Notes: generated from the sequence alone by a model not told the origin. A DNA stretch of 64,000 nt from an uncultured Chloroflexia bacterium (GCA_963770655.1 CAVYQO010000010.1:58651-122650); one strand, 5' to 3'. Positions 8,989 to 19,009 are shown, numbered from the stretch's first letter. Made by a program: numbers and translations.

Positions 8989-10509
8989 CTATTGATATTG
9001 ATAAAAATACTTTTTAAATAAAGGGGCTAGATCCGTTTGAGTGAATTGTTTTAGGATATCTACGAAAGCGTTTATTGTGCTGATCTGGTAGGTGGTTTCT
9101 TTTGGATACGCTTTTAAAAATTCAAAGAAAGCCAGGTCGCCAATGGTTTGACGCAGCTCTTCCAGGAAGACAGCGCCGTTCAAATAAACGGCATCGCGGT
9201 AGGCCCGGTAGGGTTCACTATCCCCATGAGGATTATAAATCGAGGTATCCACCCAGCCCCGCGGCTGGTAATAATTCACACGGTAGTCCCACCACCAATC
9301 TAGGGCTTCGGGATGGATGTTTTCGTAAAATAAGCGTTCGCTGTACGTGGATAAGGCTTCATCCAGCCAGGGCTCCAGTGCCTGGTCATTGCCTACCAGG
9401 GCGTACCACCACTGGTGAGCTGTCTCGTGGGCTGCAATAGCCACTAAATATTCGCCCGTCGTGCCCTGATACAGGTTGTAGAAGCCTTTCGATAGAAAAT
9501 ACATCCCATCGTATTCCATCCCATCCAGGAAATCGGCCTCCACGACCGAGAGCTCTGTCCGTGGATAGGCTCCAAATAAGCGTGAATATAATTCGACGGC
9601 TGCGACGGTGGCATCCAGGACAGCCTGGTTGGCTTGCTCCTGACCGCCAAAGGCGTAGCTGGTCACCGTGACATCGCCAGTCTTGGCGCTGAGCGTCTGG
9701 TAATATGGACTGACCGAAAAAGAAAAATTGCGAGCGTCGTTATGCTGGAAGCGATACCAATCGCCATCGCGAACCGGTGCAGCGCTGGCGGCCAGGATCA
9801 GCTCGGGGCGGTTCTGGGCCAGGCGGATATTAACCTCGAAATCGGCGCTTTCGTAAACCAGGTGCTCCCCATAGTAACTTGCCGGGTGGTTCAGCCAGCC
9901 TTTGCCGGATATATACGGTGGGATGAAGGGATACCAATCGACCAGGTTGGTCTGGTTCGCGGTATAGCCGAAGGGGATTGGGCGGATGGCGGAATTGGGG
10001 GTTGGCGAGGGCAAGTTTAGCGAGTAGGCTATGTCCAGGGCAATCTCCCCGCCGGGCGAGAGCGGTTGAGATAAGGGCAAACGCAGCCAGCCGCTCTCGG
10101 TTTCGACCCCTTCGACCGCTTTGCCGTCGCCCCAGGCCAGGCTTTCAAGCTGGAAGGTTCCCTGAAAATACAGCGGATCGACCATTAGAATGATCTCTTC
10201 GAGCGGGTCGTTCGACCGGTTGGTGTATCGAATCTGCTGGCTAACCTGCAGGAGGTGGGCATCATAATCGAGCACCGCCTCGATGGCGTAATGGGTTTTA
10301 GCCGGCGGCAGCGGCGTCGGGGTGGCAGTACTTGCGCTCTGCGTTGGGGTATTTTCGATTGGGGTCGACTGGATGCTGACGGCTGATGGCTGAATGCTCA
10401 TGGCTGATGGCTGAACGCTGACCGCCGTCGGCTGATTGCTGCAGGCGGCGAGGGTCAGGGCTACAAATACAGCTATAAGGGTGGGGATGATCCGGCGAAT
10501 GTGAGGCAT
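8989..10509 (-). CDS. M1-family (gluzincin) metallopeptidase, lipoprotein
   Basis: Lipobox LTLAAC after a signal peptide. HETAHQWWY followed by E 19 residues on (HEXXH-X18-E). The N-terminal linker has QPSAMSIQ/QPSAVSIQ repeats. Confidence 0.8.
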   Translation of the reverse strand: MPHIRRIIPTLIAVFVALTLAACSNQPTAVSVQPSAMSIQPSAVSIQSTPIENTPTQSASTATPTPLPPAKTHYAIEAVLDYDAHLLQVSQQIRYTNRSNDPLEEIILMVDPLYFQGTFQLESLAWGDGKAVEGVETESGWLRLPLSQPLSPGGEIALDIAYSLNLPSPTPNSAIRPIPFGYTANQTNLVDWYPFIPPYISGKGWLNHPASYYGEHLVYESADFEVNIRLAQNRPELILAASAAPVRDGDWYRFQHNDARNFSFSVSPYYQTLSAKTGDVTVTSYAFGGQEQANQAVLDATVAAVELYSRLFGAYPRTELSVVEADFLDGMEYDGMYFLSKGFYNLYQGTTGEYLVAIAAHETAHQWWYALVGNDQALEPWLDEALSTYSERLFYENIHPEALDWWWDYRVNYYQPRGWVDTSIYNPHGDSEPYRAYRDAVYLNGAVFLEELRQTIGDLAFFEFLKAYPKETTYQISTINAFVDILKQFTQTDLAPLFKKYFYQYQ

Positions 10510-10572
10510 CGTGGCGATTCTACCAGGAATTGGTCAGCGAAAATTATCCCCAAGGGTTATAACCTGCAACCT

Positions 10573-11724
10573 TTAACCTTTAAACTTGAAATTTAGCAGC
10601 CTCTTCCCGGCCTCCACCAGTGTCTCATCTTTCTTGGCAAAGTTCATTCGCACGTAATCGTGCACGGCTTCGTGGAAGAAATACGAGCCGGGCGTTGCAG
10701 CAATCCCGATGGTTTCGATCATCCAGCGGCAGAAATCATAATCGTTAGCAAATCCAAATTGGGAAATATCGACGAGCACGTAATAAGCCCCTTGCGGCTC
10801 GATGTAGCTTAGCCCGGCCTGGCGCAGCAAGTCTAGAAAAAGGTCTCGCTTGCGAGTGTATTCGCTTTGCATATTCCGGTAATAGCTTGGGGGAAATTCA
10901 AGGGCGGTCACGCAGGCTTCCTGCAGGGGGGTGGGGGCGCATACGGCCAGGAAATCGTGCACCTTGCGCAGCCCGGCGCTGATCGCCGCTGGGGCGATGG
11001 CCCAGCCTACCCGCCAGCCGGTGACGGCGTAGGTCTTAGAGACCGAGCTGCACGAGACGGTGCGTTCGAACATGCCCGGCAGGTTAGCAATATAGGTGTG
11101 CTGGTAAGGGGCGTAGACGATGTGCTCGTAGATCTCATCGGCCAGCACGTAAGCGTCGTACTCCACGGCCAATTCGGCGATGACTTGTAATTCAGCGGGT
11201 GAGAAGACCTTGCCGGTTGGGTTGGAAGGGTTGCACAGTACCAGGACTCGCCCACCGGCCTGGAAAGCGCGGCGCAGCTCATCTGGGTCGAAACGCAGCT
11301 CTGGAGGGTGCAGGGGGATGTGGATCGGTTCGACTGCTAACAAATGCGAATCGACAATGTAGGCTTCGTAATGAGGTGAGAATACGATGACCTTATCTCC
11401 CGGGTCGGTCAGGGCAGTGAGGGCTGCTAGCAGGGCTTCGGTGCCGCCGATGGTGACGGTGACGTGTGCATCTGGGTCGATTTCCAGCCCGCTGAAGGCG
11501 CTGTGCTTGGCGGCAATTGCGCGGCGTAGGCGCGGTGAGCCCCAGGTGGAGGAATATTGGTTGTGGCCGGCGGTGATGGCCTGGTGGGCGGCGGCAAGCA
11601 GCTCGGCGGGTGGATCGAAGTCAGGGACGCCCTGCACCAGGCTGAGCGCTCCGTGCTGCTCGGCCAGGCGCGCCATCATGCTGATCGCTGAGTTCGGGAA
11701 GAAGTTTAAGCGGGAGGTGGTCAT
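10573..11724 (-). CDS. class I/II pyridoxal-phosphate aminotransferase
   Basis: LCNPSNPTGKVF and the PLP-lysine motif SVSKTYAVTGWRVGW. 383 aa. Confidence 0.85.
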   Translation of the reverse strand: MTTSRLNFFPNSAISMMARLAEQHGALSLVQGVPDFDPPAELLAAAHQAITAGHNQYSSTWGSPRLRRAIAAKHSAFSGLEIDPDAHVTVTIGGTEALLAALTALTDPGDKVIVFSPHYEAYIVDSHLLAVEPIHIPLHPPELRFDPDELRRAFQAGGRVLVLCNPSNPTGKVFSPAELQVIAELAVEYDAYVLADEIYEHIVYAPYQHTYIANLPGMFERTVSCSSVSKTYAVTGWRVGWAIAPAAISAGLRKVHDFLAVCAPTPLQEACVTALEFPPSYYRNMQSEYTRKRDLFLDLLRQAGLSYIEPQGAYYVLVDISQFGFANDYDFCRWMIETIGIAATPGSYFFHEAVHDYVRMNFAKKDETLVEAGKRLLNFKFKG

Positions 11725-11783
11725 TGCGGGCTCCGAATGGATCCCTTACGCTCTACATCAACGGGTAGAGCATAAGGGAAGGG

Positions 11784-12746
11784 TTATTTTTTGACGACGG
11801 CCATTTCATCGCGGACTGCCTGGTACAGGGTCTCGGCTTTGAGCTCGCTGAGCGTGTAGCACGGGGCTTCGAGGTGCTCGGCCAGGCTCTGCGCCAGGCC
11901 CTGGTCGAAAGCGGCATGCTCCATATTAATCACCACACTGTGGATGTCCTGGTCAGCGATCTGCTCGGCCAGGCGGTTGGCTTCCTCCTGCGGCGGAATT
12001 TGGGTCAAGGAGACGTTGCCGGCGCCATCGGTAAGCAGGATCATCAGCGGGTTGACATCGGGGTGGAGCAGGCGCTCCCGTTGGATGACTTCGAAAGCCA
12101 TGAACAGCCCGGCCGAGAGCGGCGTTTTACCGCCGACGGGGATGTCGGCCAGGGCTTGCTGGGCAAGCTGGATTGAATTCGTTGGAGGCAGGATCAGGGT
12201 GGCGCGGTTTTTTTGGAAGACAACCAGCCCAACCCGGTCGCGGCGTTGGTAAGCATCGGTGAGCAAGGAAAGGATGGCGCCTTTCGTCGCGGCCATGCGC
12301 TCGGCGACTGCCATCGACCAGGACGCGTCCACAACGAACAGGATCAGGTTCGAAGCCTTCTTGACGCGGATCTTGCGTTGGAAATCGCTGGAACGAATGG
12401 CAAAAGCAACCCGCTTGCGCAGCTCGTTGCGCTCTTTTTGGTAAGGGGCAGCCGCACGCAGGGTGGCGTCAAAAGCCAGGTCATCGGTGCGCCCGTTGGC
12501 CGGGCGAGCTCGAATGTAGCGGCCGCGTTTACGCTCAGTGTGCGTTCGTGAACGGCGCCCGCCAAGGCGGCGAGAGATGCGGTCAAGTGGGTTTTCGATT
12601 TTGCGCGGTGAAAAAGGCGCCCCAATTTTTACCTTATCGCCGCCCTCCCACCAGTTGGTGCTGACCTGGTCAAATACCTCCTGGCGAGCGGGCTCCGAAG
12701 GGGCCTTTTCAGTTTCCTCGGTTTGGGCTTCGCTGCTCAGGGTCGC
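11784..12746 (-). CDS. vWA-domain reading frame (ChlD/BchD-like linker plus C-terminal half) without its own start codon
   Basis: MIDAS motif DASWSM ... TDGAGN. The frame is open from 12824 but has no ATG/GTG/TTG before the GTG at 12332, which lies inside the first vWA strand (LILFVVDASWSM). The frame is -1 relative to the upstream ChlI ORF. The junction is an A10 run. Confidence 0.7.
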   Translation of the reverse strand, partial: ATLSSEAQTEETEKAPSEPARQEVFDQVSTNWWEGGDKVKIGAPFSPRKIENPLDRISRRLGGRRSRTHTERKRGRYIRARPANGRTDDLAFDATLRAAAPYQKERNELRKRVAFAIRSSDFQRKIRVKKASNLILFVVDASWSMAVAERMAATKGAILSLLTDAYQRRDRVGLVVFQKNRATLILPPTNSIQLAQQALADIPVGGKTPLSAGLFMAFEVIQRERLLHPDVNPLMILLTDGAGNVSLTQIPPQEEANRLAEQIADQDIHSVVINMEHAAFDQGLAQSLAEHLEAPCYTLSELKAETLYQAVRDEMAVVKK

Positions 12747-13837
12747 TTTTTTTTTTCGTCTGCCATTTCGTCGCTGGGCAGTGGTTCGGGCTCGCCAGCG
12801 CTGGAGGCAGCGCCCTGGAGCTGCTCAATGCGCTCCTGGAGATCTTCCATGCTGATCTCTGCCTGGTGGAAGGGACCGCGTTTGATGCGGTGGGGCAAGG
12901 CCAGCTCAGCCGCCAGGGCGATATCCCGGTCGGTGATGGCGGAGCGCCCTTCGAATGCGGCGTGCGCCCGGGCTGTCTTTAAGATCACCAGGTCCGAGCG
13001 GTGGCCATCGACATTCAAAGAAGAAGTCAGAGCGGCGATAGAAAGCAGATCGCGGCTGGTGTGGGTGACCCTATCGACAATGGCGCGACCAGCTTCGATC
13101 TGGTGCGAAAGTTCCTGCTCTTTGATTTCCCATTGATCGCGGAAATCTTCCGGCCCGGATTCGAAAGCCAGGTTGCGCTGCATGATCAAAACCCGTTCGC
13201 GGGCATCCCGAATGCCGCGGATTTCGACCGAGAGGGCAAAGCGATCGAGAAGCTGGGGGCGCAGATCGCCTTCTTCGGGGTTCATCGTCCCCACCAGGAT
13301 AAAGCGCGAGGGGTGGGCAAAGGAGATGCCTTCGCGCTCGACGATATTCACGCCCATTGCGGCTGAATTGAGCAGGAGGTCGACGACATGATCGTCTAAC
13401 AAGTTGACTTCGTCGATATAGAGCAGACCGCGGTTCGCCGCGGCAAGCACGCCCGGCTCAAAGTGGCGCTCGCCGCGCTGGATAGCCTTTTCGATATCCA
13501 GGGTGCCTACGACGCGGTCCTCGGTGGCGCTCACTGGCAGGTTTACAAAACGAATGCGGTGCTTGCTGATCACCAGCTCTTTACCGCTGTTCATCTGCTC
13601 CTTCACCCAGTCGGACCAGGTGTTTGGGGCACGCGGGTCATCATTGAAGGGCGAGTCGACAAAAACCTCAATTTCAGGAAGCAAAGCGGCCATGGCTCGG
13701 GCGGCAGTGGACTTGGCAGTGCCGCGCTCGCCGCGGATCAAAACCCCGCCAATGCGCGGATCGACTGCATTTAGCACAAGCGCACGCTTCATGCGCTCCT
13801 GACCGACAATGGCCGTAAATGGATAAATCGGCGGCAT
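12737..13837 (-). CDS. ChlI/BchI-type AAA+ chelatase ATPase subunit
   Basis: MPPIYPFTAIVGQERMKRAL, Walker A GERGTAKST, Walker B LLYIDEVNLL, MNPEEGDLRPQLLDRF. It ends ...DEKKKRP two codons after an A_AAA_AAG heptamer. Confidence 0.9.
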   Translation of the reverse strand: MPPIYPFTAIVGQERMKRALVLNAVDPRIGGVLIRGERGTAKSTAARAMAALLPEIEVFVDSPFNDDPRAPNTWSDWVKEQMNSGKELVISKHRIRFVNLPVSATEDRVVGTLDIEKAIQRGERHFEPGVLAAANRGLLYIDEVNLLDDHVVDLLLNSAAMGVNIVEREGISFAHPSRFILVGTMNPEEGDLRPQLLDRFALSVEIRGIRDARERVLIMQRNLAFESGPEDFRDQWEIKEQELSHQIEAGRAIVDRVTHTSRDLLSIAALTSSLNVDGHRSDLVILKTARAHAAFEGRSAITDRDIALAAELALPHRIKRGPFHQAEISMEDLQERIEQLQGAASSAGEPEPLPSDEMADEKKKRP

Positions 13838-13888
13838 GATTACCTCAAAAGTATGATTTTAACCGAGTTAATAATATTATCACAAAGG

Positions 13889-13917
13889 TTGTCAACTTGA
13901 CTTTTCACCTTTATAAT
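13889..13917 (+). promoter_or_regulatory. promoter candidate for rpsA
   Basis: TTGTCA (13889-13894), a 17-nt spacer, then TATAAT (13912-13917). Confidence 0.4.
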
Positions 13918-13959
13918 ATCATCCTCATCTTATCCAACCTGGAGTTAGAAGTATTTATT

Positions 13960-15309
13960 ATGGAAAACAACAACGCCCTGATCGGGCATGGGCCTGAGGC
14001 CGATAACGAACAAATGACAGAAAACCCGCCTGAGTTGGGGGGGCAGGAGATGACCTCGATGGAGTCTCTCCTGGAAGAGCAGGGTCTCAGCCTGGAATTT
14101 CCAAACCAGGGCGAAATTCGCCAGGGTTTCATAGCTACCATTCGTGACAACGAAATATTGGTCAGCATCGGTACAAAATCGGAAGGTGTTATTTCAGCCC
14201 GAGAGCTGGAACAGATTCCATCCGAAGAGCGCGCCGCCTTTACAATCGGCCAAGAGATCCCCGTTTTTGTTGTGGCTCCTGAAGACGCCAACGGCAACGT
14301 TGTGCTTTCTTATGTGCGAGCCCGTGAAGAGAAAGACTGGGAAATCGTGGAAAGTCTGCTGAGCACAGGTGATTCTTACCCAAGTAAAATCATCGGCTTC
14401 AATAAAGGCGGCTTGATTGTTCCGATCGGCGGGCTGCGTGGTTTTGTTCCTGCCTCGCAGATCAGCCTGACTCGGCGCAGCGCGGGCGACGAATCCCCCG
14501 AGCAGCGTTGGGGGCGGATGGTCGGCGAAGAAATGAACGTGCGCGTGATCGAGGTCGACCGCGAACGGCGCCGCTTGATCCTTTCCGAGCGCATGGCTCT
14601 GCAGGAAACTCGCGAAACTTTGAAAGATCGCCTGCTGGACGAGCTTCAGGAAGGCAGCATTCGCACGGGTCGGGTTACCAGCCTGGCAGATTTTGGCGCA
14701 TTCGTCAACATCGAAGGCGCGGATGGGTTGGTGCACCTTTCCGAAATTTCGTGGGAGCGCATTCAGCACCCTAACGAAGTACTGAAGGTCGGTCAGGAAG
14801 TAAAAGTCAAGGTGATCAGCATCGACCGCGATCGCAAGCGCATCGGTCTTTCCATGCGTCAGCTCCAGGAAGACCCCTGGGTGCAGAAAGTCGGTCACCT
14901 CAAAGAGGGCATGCTGGTCGAAGGTACGATCACCCACCTGACCAAGTTCGGGGCGTTTGCCCGCCTGGACGAAGATCTGGAAGGTCTGATCCATGTCTCG
15001 GAGTTGAGCGAACAGCGCGTCGCCCACCCGAAGGAAGTGCTGCGTGAAGGTGAAGTGGTCACCTTGCGGGTGATTAAGATCGACCCCGAACGGCGCCGCA
15101 TCGGGCTGAGCCTGCGAAAAGTAGACTCACCGGCGTATGCCGATCTGGACTGGAAGATGGCCCTGTCCGATGAAGTGGGCAAGGTTCACGATGCCGGGGC
15201 CGTGGTTGAATCCGAACCCGAACCCGAACCCGAAGCGAACTCGAGACTCGAAGCAGAAGTGGACGAGCAGCTCGAAGCAGAAGTGGACGAGCAGCCCGAA
15301 GCAGAATAG
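13960..15309 (+). CDS. rpsA: 30S ribosomal protein S1
   Basis: ATG at 13960, 15 nt after GGAG. It has repeated S1 motifs (GRVTSLADFGAFVNIEGADGLVHLSEIS; EGTITHLTKFGAFARLDEDLEGLIHVSELS; and others) and an acidic repetitive tail. The TTG start at 13897 from the track is rejected. Confidence 0.85.
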   Translation: MENNNALIGHGPEADNEQMTENPPELGGQEMTSMESLLEEQGLSLEFPNQGEIRQGFIATIRDNEILVSIGTKSEGVISARELEQIPSEERAAFTIGQEIPVFVVAPEDANGNVVLSYVRAREEKDWEIVESLLSTGDSYPSKIIGFNKGGLIVPIGGLRGFVPASQISLTRRSAGDESPEQRWGRMVGEEMNVRVIEVDRERRRLILSERMALQETRETLKDRLLDELQEGSIRTGRVTSLADFGAFVNIEGADGLVHLSEISWERIQHPNEVLKVGQEVKVKVISIDRDRKRIGLSMRQLQEDPWVQKVGHLKEGMLVEGTITHLTKFGAFARLDEDLEGLIHVSELSEQRVAHPKEVLREGEVVTLRVIKIDPERRRIGLSLRKVDSPAYADLDWKMALSDEVGKVHDAGAVVESEPEPEPEANSRLEAEVDEQLEAEVDEQPEAE

Positions 15310-15370
15310 ACGGTGTAATCCTGTAGGGCAATCCGTGGTGATTGCCCCTGGTAAATATTTTTATGAGAGC

Positions 15371-15415
15371 ACGCCCTGGGTTAATCTATCTGATTAACTC
15401 AGGGCGTTTATATTT
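15371..15415 (+). terminator. intrinsic terminator after rpsA
   Basis: ACGCCCTGGGTTAATC - TATCT - GATTAACTCAGGGCGT: a 16-bp stem with one G-T pair, followed by TTTATATTTATT. Confidence 0.65.
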
Positions 15416-17200
15416 ATTCCTGGCTGCTTTCGCTGGTCTGCCAAAGCTGCCGCATCTCAAGACTGGTGTTCAGCAAATCTTCCAGTTTGCCCTCAGCCGC
15501 AATCCGCCCATCTTTCATCACAATGATATGATCCGCCCGGCGCAGCAGCGTGCGCCGGTGGCTGACCACCAGGCATGCACCAAAATCCGCCTGCGCAAAG
15601 ATGCGTTCCCATAGCAATCGTTCGGTATCCACATCCAGAGCACTGGATAGGTCATCGAAGACCAGCAGCTCCGGACGGCGAGCCAGCATCCGCGCCGCAG
15701 CGGTGCGCTGGGCCTGCCCGCCAGATAGACGGACGCCGCGTGGCCCAACTTTTGTGTCCAGGCCTGCCTCTAATACCTCCAGATCCTGCTCCATGACCGC
15801 CAGCCGCAGCGCTTCCAACACCGCAGTATCGGGTGCGTCCATCCCGAGCAGGATATTTTCGCGCAGCGTATCGCTGAACAGGCGCGGCGTCTGGGCTGTA
15901 TACGCACAGCGCGGCGGTGTGAAGAATGTCCCAGGCTCGCTCACTTTTTCACCATTCCAAAAGACCTCACCGTTCTTACTCGGCAGCAACCCGAGCAAGA
16001 CGCGCAGAAAAGTGGTTTTCCCTGAACCAACCCGGCCAGTGACCACCGTCAGCGAACCGCGCTCAGGCTCAGGCTGATTTCGTCGATGCCGTTCTCGCTT
16101 TCCGGGTAACGGTAGCCTAACTTACGAGCTTCCAATTCGATCAGACTGTCAGCCGGGCGCCTTTCGGGATAGATCACCGCGGGCAGTGGACCCGCCAGGT
16201 TGATCGGACTGGGCTTGACCAGCGCTTTGTTCGCTGCGCCGCCCATCAAATGCTGCATCCGCCCGACCGAAACATTCAACTGCTTGTAGCGGGCCACCAA
16301 TTCTCCGAAAAAGGCGGTCATGTTGCCCACGCTCTGCAGTAGATAAACAAATAACGAAAAATCGCCAACTGAAAACGTAGTGCTTCCGATCGACCCGCCC
16401 ACCAAAATCAGGGTGATGCCGGTACTGAGGTTGCCGCTGTTGATATAGATTGCATCCAGCACGGCATTGAAGACTTTCTCCCGCACCGTAACCGTCTTGC
16501 GCTCGTCATTTAATTGTTCGAAATGCCGGATCACGTTTTCTTCAGCGGTGGCTACCTTAACCGCCTGGACAGCGCCAAAAAACTCGCCAATAAACCCGGT
16601 GACCTGGCTGGTTGCCTGGCGGCTGGCTATCCGGTATTTTTCAATCCGGCTGGCAGCCGTGCCTGCCACAAGGGCGACGATAATAATTGGGATTAAGGCC
16701 AGCAGGGTGATAGGGACGTTAATTCGCAGCATTAGGAAGACCGAGATGACCACGATCAGAGTGCCAATCAGGAAATCGTTAACCCAGATGACGAACAGGG
16801 GGATTTCCATGACATCCTCCCGAAAGCGGCTGATCGCCTCCCCAGGAGATTCGCGTAAGGGTAAGGCGCCAGGCTGGTGTAGGATATTAACCAACATATT
16901 TTTGCGCAGCAGGGTAGAGATGTCTGCAAAGAGGGGGACGTCGGCGTAATAGAATCCGAGGCTGCCCAAAGTGCGCAGCAAGAAAGTCGCCGCCAGGATC
17001 GCAATCACCGTCCATAAATTGATGCCTGCCTGGGTTTCACCTGTCAGCAGGTCAAAAAACACTTTGAGGGCAATCCCTGGCAATATCTGCCAGGCCAGAC
17101 GAAAAAGCAGCACGCTGATCATGTCGATCAGCCAATACCAGAAGCGGAAGCGCACCATTTCAAGGATAACTTGCCAGGCAAGCAGCGGAGGCGCAGTCAT
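15414..17200 (-). CDS. ABC exporter, fused permease-ATPase, interrupted by one frameshift near 16052-16075
   Basis: The track ORF 16049..17200 is the 6-TM domain, ending ...[13 protein letters not shown]. The track ORF 15414..16046 is the NBD, starting [12 protein letters not shown] (Walker A), with LSGGQAQR and LLVFDD. The break falls a few codons before Walker A, within a CCTGAGCCTGAGC direct repeat. Confidence 0.8.
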
Positions 17201-18945
17201 ACCAACACCTCTTCCAATCCGCTTTGCAAAAGGCGATAGAAAAGCGAGCCGGGATCGCTGGCAAGCTTGGAGCGCTGGCCAAATTCGCTCTGCCGGCCAG
17301 CTTCCAGGATCATGATCTGGTCGACGCGGGAGACTGTTGCGAGGCGGTGGGCGATGATGATTGCCGTTCGTCCCTGGAGCAGGCGATTAATGGCGCGCTC
17401 GATGCGCTGTTCGGTTGCTGGATCCAGGCGCGAGGAGGCCTCATCCAGAATGACAAGCCCTGGGTCGCGCAGGAAAATTCGGGTAAAAGCCAAAAGCTGG
17501 GCTTCGCCAGCAGAGAGGCTGTGGCTGCCGGATTCAAGCAGGGTATCCAGCCCGGCAGGCAAGGCGCTGTACCAGTCGCCCAATTCCAAGGCTTGAATAG
17601 CCTGCTGGATCTGCTCGTCGGTAATGCTGCGATCGAAAAAAGTCAGGTTATCGCGCACGCTGGCACGGAAAAGCTGAACTTCCTGGGTGACCATACCCAC
17701 CCGCCGGCGCAGATTGGCCAACTGAGATGACTTCAGATCTGTTCCATCGAGTAAGATGGCGCCTTGCTGAGGATCATATAATCGAAAAATCAGTCTTGCC
17801 AGGGTGGTTTTGCCGCTGCCAGTGCGCCCCAATAAGCCCAGTCGGGCTCCAGGTTTTAGCGAAAACGTTAACCCCTTAAGAACGGATTCCTGATCCCCGT
17901 AGGCAAAAGTAATCCCTTCAAAGCTCAGTTCGATAGCGCCAGCCGGAATTGCATCCGCATGGCCATCGTGGATATCCCTTTCGAGTTTGCGTAATTCGGT
18001 CAGGCGTTCGACGCAGGCGCCGATGGTTTGGAAGCTCTGGATTTCGTGGGTTAGGGCCCAGATAGGCGCTTCCAGCATATTGATATAATAAACTGTCAGG
18101 TAGATCGTACCGACTGTGATCAACCCGCCCAGGAAGAGATAATAGCCGCTCAGCACTGCCAGCAGCATCCCCAAGGTGAGCAAGCCGCCTACAGCCAGCT
18201 CGATCTGCCAGCGCTTGAATTGCGTGCGGCGGTTATGCACTAGCATAGAGGCCTGGCGCCGAAAAAGCTCCCGAACCGCATATCCATCCGCTCCGCTGGA
18301 ACGGATATCCTCTTTACCGGCAAGCTGTTCTTCGATTAAACCGAACAGCTCGGCGTCTGCCTGGCGATAATCTTTTTGATCTGGCACGGCGATATCGCGC
18401 ATTCGATTCAAGACAAAGAGTGAAACGCCGGTGAAGCCAGTGAAGATCACTCCGAGGCGCCAATCTTCGAAATAAAGCACAACCAGGATCCCGGCCATCA
18501 ACAGGATGTTGCCGAGCAAAATGATGAAAAATTGAGAGAAGAAGTTGGCCAACTCGGCCACGTCGCCATCGAGGCGTTCGATCAGCTCGCCGGGGGTGTG
18601 GGAATTGTGAAAGCCCATATCCAGGCTCAGGCAGTGACGGGCCAGGTCCGTGCGCAGGCCATTGGTCGCTGTCCAGGCGACGTTTTCGCCCAGGTAGCGA
18701 ACAGCTACCATGACGATCTGTTGGAGCAATGCAATTCCGAGGAAAGCAATCCCGGCCCCGGCTAATTGGCGCGCCGGCGCGCCGGCCAGGGCTGCGTCAA
18801 TGAAGCCCCCGATGATTTTCGGGTTTATAAGCTGCAGTCCAATCGAACCAAGCAACAGAAAAGACAGCAGAAAGAAGCGTCCTTTCTGCGGGCGAATATA
18901 TTGGGCCAGCAGGTCCCAATAGGCTCGTAAAGGTAATTTTTGCAT
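17197..18945 (-). CDS. ABC exporter, fused permease-ATPase (partner of the downstream gene)
   Basis: 582 aa with a 6-TM domain, GRTGSGKTT, LSAGEAQLLAFTRIF and LVILDEASS. Its stop overlaps the next start (ATGA). Confidence 0.9.
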   Translation of the reverse strand: MQKLPLRAYWDLLAQYIRPQKGRFFLLSFLLLGSIGLQLINPKIIGGFIDAALAGAPARQLAGAGIAFLGIALLQQIVMVAVRYLGENVAWTATNGLRTDLARHCLSLDMGFHNSHTPGELIERLDGDVAELANFFSQFFIILLGNILLMAGILVVLYFEDWRLGVIFTGFTGVSLFVLNRMRDIAVPDQKDYRQADAELFGLIEEQLAGKEDIRSSGADGYAVRELFRRQASMLVHNRRTQFKRWQIELAVGGLLTLGMLLAVLSGYYLFLGGLITVGTIYLTVYYINMLEAPIWALTHEIQSFQTIGACVERLTELRKLERDIHDGHADAIPAGAIELSFEGITFAYGDQESVLKGLTFSLKPGARLGLLGRTGSGKTTLARLIFRLYDPQQGAILLDGTDLKSSQLANLRRRVGMVTQEVQLFRASVRDNLTFFDRSITDEQIQQAIQALELGDWYSALPAGLDTLLESGSHSLSAGEAQLLAFTRIFLRDPGLVILDEASSRLDPATEQRIERAINRLLQGRTAIIIAHRLATVSRVDQIMILEAGRQSEFGQRSKLASDPGSLFYRLLQSGLEEVLV

Positions 18946-19009
18946 TTTAGAATGAGATGGAACCGCCTACCTGGGTGTGGTTGGCGAAATTCTGGGCTCT
19001 CACCTCCAG

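Noticed and set aside
12344-12625. 93-aa minus-strand ORF between the ChlI and vWA ORFs as a possible separate small gene.
   Set aside because: It is in a different frame from the long open vWA-linker frame that covers the same DNA and reads as a typical charged chelatase linker. The 93-aa product has no features and no SD.
13897-13959. TTG start at 13897 for rpsA (470-aa track ORF).
   Set aside because: The TTG is part of a promoter-like TTGACT/TATAAT region, and the first 21 residues are hydrophobic nonsense. The ATG at 13960 has an SD at appropriate distance.
15414-17200. Interpretation of the split ABC exporter as a natural two-gene (permease + ATPase) arrangement.
   Set aside because: The break falls only a few codons before Walker A, inside the NBD's first strand (ISLSL.. 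| ..[17 protein letters not shown]). The NBD part has only a GTG inside that strand as a start and no SD. A single-nt frameshift in a CCTGAG repeat explains it.
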